The notes under the pieces: model-generated | Database searches by the model: none | What the model was told of the DNA's origin: nothing | The model's input: the letters and a program-made list of their open reading frames with translations, nothing else | DNA from: an uncultured virus (IMG/VR IMGVR_UViG_3300021962_000075) | Taxonomy: Duplodnaviria; Heunggongvirae; Uroviricota; Caudoviricetes | Reading direction: 5' to 3' (one strand) | Length of the DNA: 64,000 bases | Virus record (IMG/VR): IMGVR_UViG_3300021962_000075 | In this document: one piece after another, positions 48,506 through 58,059 of the stretch | Numbering within the stretch: the stretch's first letter is position 1 | Layout: each line of letters begins with the position of its first letter | Made by a program: the position numbers and the translations under genes

Positions 48506-49521
48506 TGTCAACATATAATCGTGTCATAAGAAAATTGGTTGTCGGATTTGGTAATCTGTTTGATAACATTACCTTGTATAGATTTAAACCAGATGAAACA
48601 GAATCAGAAAGATTCATTGTTCCTATTACATATGCAAGTAAAGAACGTTATGTCATGCGTATTGAACAAGATGCGACACTAGACAAAAAGGTTCAGATAA
48701 CTTTACCTCGTATGTCATTTGAGATGGCCGGTCTGTCTTATGATTCTAGTAGAAAACAAAACACAAACATTAAGAATTTTTCTGGAACTCCACCATCAGG
48801 AATTTTATCACAATATAATCCAGTACCATACAATTTTGATTTTAACTTATACATCTATGTTCGAAATATAGAAGATGGTACACAAATCATTGAACATATA
48901 TTGCCATTTTTTACACCAGATTATACGATTAAATTGAATTTGATTCCTGAAATGGGTATCATCAAAGAAGTTCCTGTCATTTTAAATTCCACATCACATG
49001 AAATTACATATGAAGGTGGTAGAGAAAATGAAACACGTATGATTGTTTGGACATTAAACTTTACAGTTAAAGGTTTCATATTTGGTAAGGTTTCAGAAAC
49101 TGGTGTCATCAACCGTGCATTTGTTTCTGTATACAATCTAGTATCTCCACAAGAGGTGATTGAATTCTACATGAATTTAGATTCTGGTTTTGGTACCTAC
49201 AAAGTGGGTGAAACAGTTTATCAAGGTTACACACCAGATGATGCAACAGCAACAGCTGTTGTAGTACAATTCACCGATAACGTATTGAGACTAAAAGAAC
49301 TAACAGGAAACTTCGTGTCAGATAAACCTATATACGGAATTAACACATTGGCAAACTATAACTTTACATCATACAACTTGAACCCATTGAAATTCGTTGA
49401 AGTTGATTCTGTTGGCAGAGTTAGTACAGATATCGACTATATGTCTGTTGATAAAGAAGATGCTAAGGCTGATAATACATTGGCTGAAGTCACAACAATC
49501 AACAAGGCTGCAAACCAATAA
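48505..49521 (+). CDS. gp15: Tail sheath stabiliser / tail terminator, with C-terminal extension
   Basis: IRKLVVGFGNLF, VPITYASKE, LPRMSFE, PVPYNFDF.L, QIIEHILPFF.P, WTLNFTVKG. Confidence 0.93.
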   Translation: MSTYNRVIRKLVVGFGNLFDNITLYRFKPDETESERFIVPITYASKERYVMRIEQDATLDKKVQITLPRMSFEMAGLSYDSSRKQNTNIKNFSGTPPSGILSQYNPVPYNFDFNLYIYVRNIEDGTQIIEHILPFFTPDYTIKLNLIPEMGIIKEVPVILNSTSHEITYEGGRENETRMIVWTLNFTVKGFIFGKVSETGVINRAFVSVYNLVSPQEVIEFYMNLDSGFGTYKVGETVYQGYTPDDATATAVVVQFTDNVLRLKELTGNFVSDKPIYGINTLANYNFTSYNLNPLKFVEVDSVGRVSTDIDYMSVDKEDAKADNTLAEVTTINKAANQ

Positions 49522-49539
49522 ACAAAACGAGAGAATTAA

Positions 49540-51531
49540 ATGTCTAAACAAACTATTAATATTGGTATTAGAGCAAATGATGGTAAAGGTGATTCATTAC
49601 GAGTTGCTTTTACTAAAACAAATAACAACTTCACTGAGTTGTATACCACAGTTGCAAATAATTCTAATACATCAAACACCTACTATGAAACCAACCAAGA
49701 GTTGGCACAGAATGCTTACAACAAGGCAAACACCGCATCACTAGGTGACATTTTGTTTGACCACACAACGATGTATAGTAATACTCACGTTGAAGTTGGT
49801 AATGACCACCATGGCCGCAGAGCATGGGGTTTAACATTTGGCCAAACAACAACAGTTGCAAATAGTGTTTTTGGTACCAGTGTTGCATTTGATACTGCAA
49901 ATAATATTTTGGTTGCAATGACAACTCCAAATGAAGTTACGGGTCTACCACAATCAACAGTTATTAAATTTGATCCATATGGATCAATTTTCTGGAGAAA
50001 ATCGGTACCAGCATCAAACGTAAACAATACATTACTACCAAGTTATGCCGAATCTGTTGCTGTTGATGCAAACAACAACGTGTATCTATTAACAAATATA
50101 CCAGATGATTCATCAACACTGGTAACCAAGTTTAACTATCTTGGTCAAAATGTATGGAATACCTTAATTTCTGATTCTATTGGTTCAACTGAAATTGTTG
50201 TTGATGACCAAGAATTTCCATACTACATTGGTCAACACAATTTAATTACAGGTTTAGATATTACAGGTGAATTATATTTCACACACTTTAATGCAGGTAT
50301 AGGTAATGCATATTCTATTATTACATTACCAACTGCATATAGTGGAGGTGGTGTGTTGGTTGGTTCGGATAATGGTCATGTACACAAGTTTGATACAGAA
50401 GGTGTTTATTTGTGGTCAAACGAAGTTGATTCTGGTGGAAATCACATCGTATCATTAACTTATGATACCTCAAATAATTGGTATGCAGCAACAAACACAA
50501 ACATTTATAAGTTTAGAGCCAACAATCAATTAATTTGGGAAAAAGAAATAACAGGATTAAATGCAAATCTTTCCGCAATTAAATATAGTGGTGATTATTT
50601 GTATGCAACACAAACAGGTACAGTAGAAAATAATGAAAGAGGTTTTGTAAACTATAAGTTACATGCAGCAAACGGAGAACTTGTTTGGGCAAATGCATTA
50701 CAAATACCTTACGTTGATAATGAACACCGAAATGGTTACCGAAACTTTGATGTTAAAGGTGACTTCATGGTTGGTGTTGGCCATGCTTCTTTTGATGTAG
50801 ATGTTGCAACAATATACCAATTACCCGTTGATGGTACTTTGGCAGGAACTTATTTTGGTGCTCAGTCTACGAAGTGGGCTGAAGGTAATCCTATAGAATT
50901 TACATACGTTACTGTACCAGAAGCTGGAACTACAACAAGTTCAACAGTTGGTTCAGGCAATACAACAATAACTATTGCAGAGAATACCAACTATTCTTAC
51001 ACAATGAATACTGTTGTATATCAAAACCCAAGTCCAGAAAACGAAGAAACATTAACATATTTCACACAAAATTGGGACTTCACTGGAGACGGAACATTAG
51101 TTATTCCATCTTCTGGTTCTGATTTGGCAATAGAGTTTAGCGGTAAAGGTGTTGCTAACGTTGGTTCAATCACTGCTAGAACTGCTGCAGCGACATGGAA
51201 TGGAAATACTTCATTTGAATTAGATGTTACTGCATTAATTAATAAATTAACACCACAACTAGGTGATGGTGGTGAACAATATCACTTAGCGGATGGCGTT
51301 GAAGGTCAAATAATGTATATTGTTCCAGGAACTGGTGGCGAGATGAATAATCAATTCACAACTATGTCTTTTGATAATGCAAGATGGTCTAATGGTAATG
51401 GTGTGATTAATGAAAATACATCAGTGTCTTGGTGGTTGCCATTTCAAAACCCAAATGGTGGCAGTACTGCTGTACTAACTTTGATATTCACTGACGGCGC
51501 TTGGAACCTACCACACAACTGGTTCGATTAA
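49540..51531 (+). CDS. Fibre-like protein with T4 gp9/gp10-like N-terminus and beta-propeller
   Basis: MSKQTINIG..ANDG.GDSLR.AF.K.N.NF.ELY; repeated (V/I)AVD..NN.Y / KF...G...W blades. Confidence 0.75.
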   Translation: MSKQTINIGIRANDGKGDSLRVAFTKTNNNFTELYTTVANNSNTSNTYYETNQELAQNAYNKANTASLGDILFDHTTMYSNTHVEVGNDHHGRRAWGLTFGQTTTVANSVFGTSVAFDTANNILVAMTTPNEVTGLPQSTVIKFDPYGSIFWRKSVPASNVNNTLLPSYAESVAVDANNNVYLLTNIPDDSSTLVTKFNYLGQNVWNTLISDSIGSTEIVVDDQEFPYYIGQHNLITGLDITGELYFTHFNAGIGNAYSIITLPTAYSGGGVLVGSDNGHVHKFDTEGVYLWSNEVDSGGNHIVSLTYDTSNNWYAATNTNIYKFRANNQLIWEKEITGLNANLSAIKYSGDYLYATQTGTVENNERGFVNYKLHAANGELVWANALQIPYVDNEHRNGYRNFDVKGDFMVGVGHASFDVDVATIYQLPVDGTLAGTYFGAQSTKWAEGNPIEFTYVTVPEAGTTTSSTVGSGNTTITIAENTNYSYTMNTVVYQNPSPENEETLTYFTQNWDFTGDGTLVIPSSGSDLAIEFSGKGVANVGSITARTAAATWNGNTSFELDVTALINKLTPQLGDGGEQYHLADGVEGQIMYIVPGTGGEMNNQFTTMSFDNARWSNGNGVINENTSVSWWLPFQNPNGGSTAVLTLIFTDGAWNLPHNWFD

Positions 51532-51532
51532 A

Positions 51533-51539
51533 ATAAATA
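51533..51539 (+). promoter_or_regulatory. Late promoter ATAAATA before gp16
   Basis: 7 nt upstream of the ATG, no SD. Confidence 0.6.
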
Positions 51540-51546
51540 AAAAACT

Positions 51547-51966
51547 ATGAATACATTTGACAAAAACATGGAAAAATTATTTGATGTAACACCGGTCGAA
51601 CAAGAGGCAAAGCCTTTGGTGCCGGTGGTTACCACACCAGTTGAAGATGGTCCTGATTTAAAAACAGACTTGCATGATGCATATCAACAAACAAAAGACA
51701 ATCTACAAGAACTAATTGATAATGGCAAAGATGCAATGGAAGAATTGCGACAGATTGCTGCAGCAGGACAACATCCACGTGCGTTTGAAGTCTATGCAAC
51801 ATTACTAAAGAACGTGGTTGATGCAAACAAAGAACTACTTGCAGTGCAAAAACAAATGCGTACCATGGATGGTAAGCCTAGAGAAGGTGATACCAAAATT
51901 GATAAAGCCATTTTTGTTGGTTCAACCGCAGAATTAAATAAATTCCTCAAAGGTAAAGATGAGTGA
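51547..51966 (+). CDS. gp16: Terminase small subunit
   Basis: NLQELI..G..A, HPRAFEVYA.L.K, IFVGSTAEL.KFLK. Confidence 0.93.
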   Translation: MNTFDKNMEKLFDVTPVEQEAKPLVPVVTTPVEDGPDLKTDLHDAYQQTKDNLQELIDNGKDAMEELRQIAAAGQHPRAFEVYATLLKNVVDANKELLAVQKQMRTMDGKPREGDTKIDKAIFVGSTAELNKFLKGKDE

Positions 51967-53647
51967 TTTAAGAAACGGCGAAGCATACCGTGACAATCCT
52001 TTACTTAAAAAGGCAGGTGTCAAGGTAGAATATACAGAAGAACAAGTTGCTGAGTATATTAAATGTTCTAAAGACCCTGTTTATTTTGCCAAGAATTATG
52101 TGAAGATTGTTAACGTTGACGAAGGTCTAATCAACTTTAAGATGTGGCCATTCCAAGAAAAGATGTTGAAACTTTTTAAGGACAATCGTTTCGTAATTAC
52201 CAAATGTCCTCGACAAGTTGGTAAAACTACCACAACCGTTGCATACATGTTATGGGCAACCATCTTTACAGACAGTCAAAACTGTGCAGTTCTAGCCAAC
52301 AAGGGTTCTCTTGCAAGAGATATTTTATCCAAATACCAACTTGCATACGAAAACTTACCTATGTGGTTGCAACAAGGTATTGTGACCTGGAACAAAGGTA
52401 ACGTTGAATTGGAGAACGGTTCTAAGATTGTTGCAGCATCTACATCAAGTTCTGCAATTCGTGGAGGTTCTTTTAACATCGTATTTTTGGATGAATTTGC
52501 GTTCGTTCCAAACAATATTGCGGAAGAATTCTTTAACTCTGTTTACCCTGTAATTTCATCAGGTAAAAAGACAAAAATTATTATTGTGTCTACACCAAAT
52601 GGTATGAATCTATTCTACAAGTTATGGATGGACTCAATCAATAAGAAAAACAACTATGTGAATTTTGAAATTCATTGGTCACACGTACCAGGCCGTGACG
52701 AAAAGTGGAAAGAAGAAACCATTCGTAACACTTCCGAAAGACAGTTTGCACAAGAGTTTGAAACAGAATTTTTGGGTTCTTCCAACACATTGATTTCTGG
52801 ATACAAATTACAACAATTGGTATACATTGACCCTATTGCAAACCATGACCTATTAAAAATTTACGAACATCCGGTTAGAGAAGGTGTCAATGAATCCAAA
52901 TCAGACCACCTGTATGCAATTACGGTTGACGTTTCAGAAGGTAAGAACCTTGACAGTTCAGCCTTCTCTGTAATTGATATCTCACAGACACCATACAAAC
53001 AAGTGGCAACTTATAAGAGTTCGTCAATTACACCCATTCTTTTTCCAACTGTGATTTATAATACCGCAAGATATTACAATGATGCGTATGTACTCGTAGA
53101 AATTAATAACAACCCACAGGTGGCAGATTCGTTACATGCGGATTTTGAATATGAAAATCTATGGAAGATATTTACAGGCAATAAGAAGCCCCAACAATTA
53201 TCAGCAGGTTTTGCCCGTGGTGTCCAGATGGGTCTAAAAATGTCACCGCAAGTCAAGGCAATTGGTTGTTCAAACCTTAAGACTTTGATTGAAGGTGACA
53301 AATTACTAATACAGGATTTTGATACATACTCAGAGTTGACCACTTTTATTCAACAGAAGAACTCTTTTTCTGCGGAAGAAGGTGCAAACGATGACATGGT
53401 TATGTCTTTGGTGATGTTTTCGTGGGTAACAACCCAACAATATTTTAAAGAAATTGTTAATCACGATATTCGTAAACAAATTCAATTGGAGAATATGAAC
53501 CAGATGGACGATGATGTTCTACCGGCTCCAATTATAGAAGATGGTTTAGAACATGATTTTGAAATTGTTGGTGGTGATATGTGGGAACTTGCAGACGGTG
53601 GAGAAACGTATGCGAAGTTTATGAGAAACAGATTGGAAAGGTTATAA
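51959..53647 (+). CDS. gp17: Terminase large subunit
   Basis: KCSKDPVYF, Walker A PRQVGKTT, Walker B FLDEFAF, STPNGMN, nuclease VDVSEG...DDMVMSL; no intein or intron seen. Confidence 0.97.
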   Translation: MSDLRNGEAYRDNPLLKKAGVKVEYTEEQVAEYIKCSKDPVYFAKNYVKIVNVDEGLINFKMWPFQEKMLKLFKDNRFVITKCPRQVGKTTTTVAYMLWATIFTDSQNCAVLANKGSLARDILSKYQLAYENLPMWLQQGIVTWNKGNVELENGSKIVAASTSSSAIRGGSFNIVFLDEFAFVPNNIAEEFFNSVYPVISSGKKTKIIIVSTPNGMNLFYKLWMDSINKKNNYVNFEIHWSHVPGRDEKWKEETIRNTSERQFAQEFETEFLGSSNTLISGYKLQQLVYIDPIANHDLLKIYEHPVREGVNESKSDHLYAITVDVSEGKNLDSSAFSVIDISQTPYKQVATYKSSSITPILFPTVIYNTARYYNDAYVLVEINNNPQVADSLHADFEYENLWKIFTGNKKPQQLSAGFARGVQMGLKMSPQVKAIGCSNLKTLIEGDKLLIQDFDTYSELTTFIQQKNSFSAEEGANDDMVMSLVMFSWVTTQQYFKEIVNHDIRKQIQLENMNQMDDDVLPAPIIEDGLEHDFEIVGGDMWELADGGETYAKFMRNRLERL

Positions 53648-53659
53648 AACCAGCCTTTC

Positions 53660-53666
53660 ATAAATA
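53660..53666 (+). promoter_or_regulatory. Late promoter ATAAATA before gp18
   Basis: Intergenic. Confidence 0.7.
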
Positions 53667-53714
53667 CTCTTATGGTATTTTGCCAAAAGAACATAATAAT
53701 TCAAGGAGAATAAA

Positions 53715-55406
53715 ATGGCATTTCAAATCTCTCCAGGCGTAAATGTAGCTGAGGTGGATGCAACAACAGTTGTACCCGCAGTTCAACAGACCGCTGGTGC
53801 ATTTGCTGGAAACTTCCAATGGGGTCCAGCAGACAAGGTAAAACAAATAGATAGTGAAATAACACTTGTAAGTACATACGGTAAACCTAATTCAGACTCA
53901 GCAGTATCATTTTTTACAGCTGCAAACTTCTTGTCTTATGGTAACAACTTAAGTATTGTGCGTTCTATTGGTGCATTAGCAAACAATGCAACCGATGGTA
54001 GTACATTGAATGTACAAATTAAAAACGAAGACGTTTATGAAGCTTCATATTTGTTAAGTGACAATGGCAACGACTATGGTCCGTTTGCAGCTCGTTATGC
54101 AGGTTTATTAGGTAACTCTCTGACTGTACACGTTTGTGCAAACACAACAACATATAGCACATGGGCATACAAAAACTATTTCACATCAGCGCCAGGTACA
54201 TCAGACTTTGCAGATTCTGTGAATGGATCAGATGACGAAATGCATATTGTGGTTGTTGACACAGACGGTTTATTTACAGGTTCAGCTGGTTCAATTTTAG
54301 AAACATATGGTTTCGTTTCAGCTGCTTCTGATGCTGTAATTAACGGTGTTACAAATTACTATAAACAAGTTATTTTTAATAACTCAAGATATATCTATGC
54401 AATGGATCCTGTTGATTATGCAACAACATCTGCGACATGGGGCACCACAGCTGCAGGCAAAACTTTTGCGAGACCAGCAACCAACCAAACAGTGAGTTTG
54501 ACTACAGGTTCTTCTGTAAATCCTACAGACGGAAACATACAATCATCTTACGATTTGTTTGCAAATAAAGAAGCTATTGATGTTGCATTGGTGTTGTCAG
54601 GTGGCCATTCAATTACAGTCCAACAATATGTTATAGACAATATTGCAGTTGGTCGTGCTGATTGTGTTGCCTTCATTTCTCCAAGATATGCAGACGTTGT
54701 AAACAAAGCAGGTCAAGAAACCACTAATATCGAAGACTGGTTAACAACACTGTCAAGAAGTTCTTCTTACGTTGTTGCCGACTCTGGTTGGAAATATCAA
54801 TTTGACAAGTACAACAACACATACCGTTGGATTCCATTGAATGGCGATGTTGCTGGTCTATGTGTATACACAGATAATATTCGTGACCCATGGTTCTCTC
54901 CAGCAGGTTTCAACCGTGGTTCAATTAAGAACTGCATTAAGTTGGCATGGAATCCAAATAAATCATACCGTGACACATTGTATGCCGCAGGTGTAAACCC
55001 TGTTGTATCTTTCCCTGGTCAAGGTACAGTGTTGTTTGGTGACAAAACATTGTTGAACAAACCATCTGCATTTGACAGAATCAACGTTCGCCGTTTGTTC
55101 ATCACACTTGAGAAAGCAATTGCACAAGCTGCTAAGTTCTCAATGTTCGAATTGAATGATGAGTTTACTAGAGCACAATTCATCGCTTTAGTATCACCAT
55201 TCTTGCGTGACATTCAAGGCCGCCGTGGTTTAACAGACTTTAGAGTTGTTTGCGATGCAACAAATAACACACAACAAGTTATTGATAGTAACCAATTTGT
55301 TGGTGATATCTACATTAAACCTGCACGCTCTGTCAACTACATTCAGTTGAACTTTGTCGCTGTTGGCACTGGTGTTGACTTCGTAACAATCGTTGGCGCA
55401 GCTTAA
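53715..55406 (+). CDS. gp18: Tail sheath protein
   Basis: SPGVNV.EVD, FQWGP, PWFSPAGFNRG, LFGDKT, SAFDRINVRRLF, IKPARSVNYIQLNF. Confidence 0.97.
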   Translation: MAFQISPGVNVAEVDATTVVPAVQQTAGAFAGNFQWGPADKVKQIDSEITLVSTYGKPNSDSAVSFFTAANFLSYGNNLSIVRSIGALANNATDGSTLNVQIKNEDVYEASYLLSDNGNDYGPFAARYAGLLGNSLTVHVCANTTTYSTWAYKNYFTSAPGTSDFADSVNGSDDEMHIVVVDTDGLFTGSAGSILETYGFVSAASDAVINGVTNYYKQVIFNNSRYIYAMDPVDYATTSATWGTTAAGKTFARPATNQTVSLTTGSSVNPTDGNIQSSYDLFANKEAIDVALVLSGGHSITVQQYVIDNIAVGRADCVAFISPRYADVVNKAGQETTNIEDWLTTLSRSSSYVVADSGWKYQFDKYNNTYRWIPLNGDVAGLCVYTDNIRDPWFSPAGFNRGSIKNCIKLAWNPNKSYRDTLYAAGVNPVVSFPGQGTVLFGDKTLLNKPSAFDRINVRRLFITLEKAIAQAAKFSMFELNDEFTRAQFIALVSPFLRDIQGRRGLTDFRVVCDATNNTQQVIDSNQFVGDIYIKPARSVNYIQLNFVAVGTGVDFVTIVGAA

Positions 55407-55412
55407 TAAATA
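55406..55412 (+). promoter_or_regulatory. Late promoter ATAAATA before gp19
   Basis: Intergenic, followed by SD AGGAG. Confidence 0.65.
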
Positions 55413-55431
55413 AACGATATAGGAGAAAACA

Positions 55432-55974
55432 ATGGCATTTAATGTAGCAGAATTCAGAGCTAATATGATTGGAGACGGCGCACGTCCTAATCTATTCTCT
55501 GTCTCTTTAATATTCCCTTCAAACGTATCGAACTCAACAGCTGCAGGTCAAAAACTAACCTTTATGGCCAAGACAGCTCAATTACCAGGTTCGTCAATTG
55601 GTACTGTTCCAGTGTATTACTTTGGCCGTGAAATGAAATTTCCTGGCAATAGAACATTCGCTGATTGGACATTAACCATCATCAATGATGAAGATTTCGT
55701 GATTAGAAATTCTTTAGAAAACTGGATGAATTCTATCAACAGTCATGCAACCAATGTAAGAAGTGGTGCAGCCAGAAATTCTAACGGATATTCTGTTGAC
55801 GCAAACGTTATTCAATATGGTAAAACAGGTAACGAATTGAAAAAATATAAATTCGTTGGTATGTTCCCATTAGATTTGGCACCAATCGACCTAGATTGGG
55901 GTTCAAATGACTCAATTGAAGAATTCACTTGTACGTTTGCATACCAATTCTGGGAAACAGACACAACATCTTGA
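55432..55974 (+). CDS. gp19: Tail tube protein
   Basis: GARPNLFSV, AQLPGS.IG, GR..K.PGNRTF.DWT.TI.NDEDF, IEEFT.TF.YQ.W. Confidence 0.96.
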   Translation: MAFNVAEFRANMIGDGARPNLFSVSLIFPSNVSNSTAAGQKLTFMAKTAQLPGSSIGTVPVYYFGREMKFPGNRTFADWTLTIINDEDFVIRNSLENWMNSINSHATNVRSGAARNSNGYSVDANVIQYGKTGNELKKYKFVGMFPLDLAPIDLDWGSNDSIEEFTCTFAYQFWETDTTS

Positions 55975-55981
55975 TATATGA

Positions 55982-56013
55982 GGGAGGCCCGTTAGGGTCT
56001 CCCATGTTTTTTT
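55982..56013 (+). terminator. Intrinsic terminator after gp19
   Basis: GGGAGGCCC-GTTA-GGGTCTCCC hairpin followed by atgTTTTTTT. Confidence 0.8.
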
Positions 56014-56035
56014 GATTTTATAATTACACACAAAT

Positions 56036-57787
56036 ATGGCAAATAACACAAATAAATTTTCATTGTTCGGTTTTACTATTTCTCGTCAGAAGGATGAGGA
56101 AGATGCAATCGTCCAACAATCATTTGCACCACCAACGCAAGACGATGGGGCATTAACTATTACATCTGCCGCTTATTACGGCACATACGTTGACCTTGAC
56201 GGTACCGCAAAGAATGAGGTGGAACTTATTTCTCGTTACCGTGAAATGGCAATGCAACCTGAAATAGAATCTGCAATAGATGATATAGTTAATGAAGCCA
56301 TTGTGCAAGACGATGATGGTAAAATAACACAAATCATTTTGGATGATTTGAAAGTAAATGACAAAATCAAAAAAGCCATCAAAGAAGAATTCAATACCGT
56401 TTTACGTATGTTGGATTATAGAAAAATGGCCCAAGATATTTTCCGCCGTTACTATGTTGATGGTAGAATGTATTATCACATCATTATTGACCGTGAGAAT
56501 CCACAAGAAGGTATCAAAGAACTTCGTTACATAGACCCACGTAGATTACGTAAGGTCCGTGAAATGAAGAAACAAAAGGATGAAAGAACTGGTGCAGATA
56601 TTATGCAACCAGTCAACGAATACTATATCTACAACGACAAAGTTGTTAGTGGTAGTGCATCCAATTTTGGTCCTGTTGGTGTTCGTATTACAACAGACTC
56701 TATTATTTCGGTGGTATCGGGCCTTATGGACTCCCGCCGTGCCGTGGTGTTATCATATCTACACAAAGCAATCAAGCCTCTTAATCAATTAAGGATGATT
56801 GAAGATGCAACTGTTATCTATCGTATTTCACGTGCTCCTGAGCGCCGCATTTTTTATATTGACGTTGGTAATTTGCCTAAGTTAAAAGCAGAACAATACC
56901 TACGTGATATCATGGTCAAGTATAAAAACAAACTTGTGTATGATGCGAACACAGGTGAAGTGCGTGATGACCGTAAGTTCATGTCTATGATGGAAGACTT
57001 TTGGTTACCACGTAGAGAAGGTGGCAAAGGCACAGAGATTACTACACTACCAGGTGGACAAAACCTAGGTGAGTTGGAAGACGTTAAATACTTTCAAAAG
57101 AAACTGTATGGTGCCTTGTGTGTTCCAATCTCCAGGTTAGAACCTAATCAAGGATTCTCACTTGGTCGTTCATCAGAAATTACACGTGATGAATTGAAGT
57201 TCTCTAAGTTTGTGGACAGACTAAGAAACAAATTCTCCGATGTATTCAACCAAGCCTTGCGTGTACAGTGTGTACTAAAAGGTATCTGTACAGATGAAGA
57301 ATGGGAATTGTTTAGAGAAAACATTCATTATGATTTCATCAAAGATAATAATTTCTCCGAATTAAAAGAAGCGGAATTAATTTCACAACGATTATCTCTA
57401 CTTCAATCGGTTGATCCATATACTGGTCGTTACTTCTCACAAAAATGGATTCAACAAAATGTGTTGCGTCTAACAGATGATGAGATTGCTGAAATGGATT
57501 CAGAGATTGAAAAAGAAAAAGAAATGGGTCTTGGATTACCAGTCTCAGTAACAAATGATGTTGCACAACAACAAATGATGGGACAAGTTCAGACCGACCA
57601 AATGGTACAACAATCAGAATTAATGCCTGATAATGCACCGACTGGTGGTTCCAGTTCTGGTGGTGATACTTCATCATCAAAAAGTAAACCAAAAGAAAAA
57701 AGTTCCAGTGGATCAAAATCAGTTAAAGGTGACCTCAGCTTAGAAGAAGTTGAAACAACGTTTACTAGATTAAAACGTATTTTATAA
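56036..57787 (+). CDS. gp20: Portal vertex protein
   Basis: LISRYREMA..PE..AIDDIVNEAI, YIDPR, SYLHKAIKP.NQLRMIEDA.VIYR..RAPERRIFYIDVGNLPK, EDFWLPRREGG.GTEI.TLPGG. Confidence 0.97.
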   Translation: MANNTNKFSLFGFTISRQKDEEDAIVQQSFAPPTQDDGALTITSAAYYGTYVDLDGTAKNEVELISRYREMAMQPEIESAIDDIVNEAIVQDDDGKITQIILDDLKVNDKIKKAIKEEFNTVLRMLDYRKMAQDIFRRYYVDGRMYYHIIIDRENPQEGIKELRYIDPRRLRKVREMKKQKDERTGADIMQPVNEYYIYNDKVVSGSASNFGPVGVRITTDSIISVVSGLMDSRRAVVLSYLHKAIKPLNQLRMIEDATVIYRISRAPERRIFYIDVGNLPKLKAEQYLRDIMVKYKNKLVYDANTGEVRDDRKFMSMMEDFWLPRREGGKGTEITTLPGGQNLGELEDVKYFQKKLYGALCVPISRLEPNQGFSLGRSSEITRDELKFSKFVDRLRNKFSDVFNQALRVQCVLKGICTDEEWELFRENIHYDFIKDNNFSELKEAELISQRLSLLQSVDPYTGRYFSQKWIQQNVLRLTDDEIAEMDSEIEKEKEMGLGLPVSVTNDVAQQQMMGQVQTDQMVQQSELMPDNAPTGGSSSGGDTSSSKSKPKEKSSSGSKSVKGDLSLEEVETTFTRLKRIL

Positions 57788-57800
57788 TTAGGAGATAAAA

Positions 57801-58013
57801 ATGCCAACAGCAAGAGAAATCATAGATTATGCAGAAACAGACAATGCGGTTGAAATGCGTGATGCATTATATGCTGCACTACATGATAGAGTTATGTCTC
57901 ATATCGAAACACATAAAGCAGAAGTTGCAAAACAACTGATGAATCCAGAAGGTGCAACCGCTGAAGATGAAGTTGTGTATGCATCAGAACCTGCCGCAAC
58001 AGAAGCAGAATAA
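57801..58013 (+). CDS. Small acidic prohead core protein (gp67-like by position)
   Basis: 70 aa, acidic, immediately after the portal gene, SD GGAG. Confidence 0.6.
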   Translation: MPTAREIIDYAETDNAVEMRDALYAALHDRVMSHIETHKAEVAKQLMNPEGATAEDEVVYASEPAATEAE

Positions 58014-58025
58014 TTTTGACACTGG

Positions 58026-58033
58026 TATAAATA
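58026..58033 (+). promoter_or_regulatory. Consensus T4 late promoter TATAAATA
   Basis: Exact consensus in intergenic DNA. Confidence 0.75.
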
Positions 58034-58059
58034 TTATTCAAACATAACAGGAATTACAA

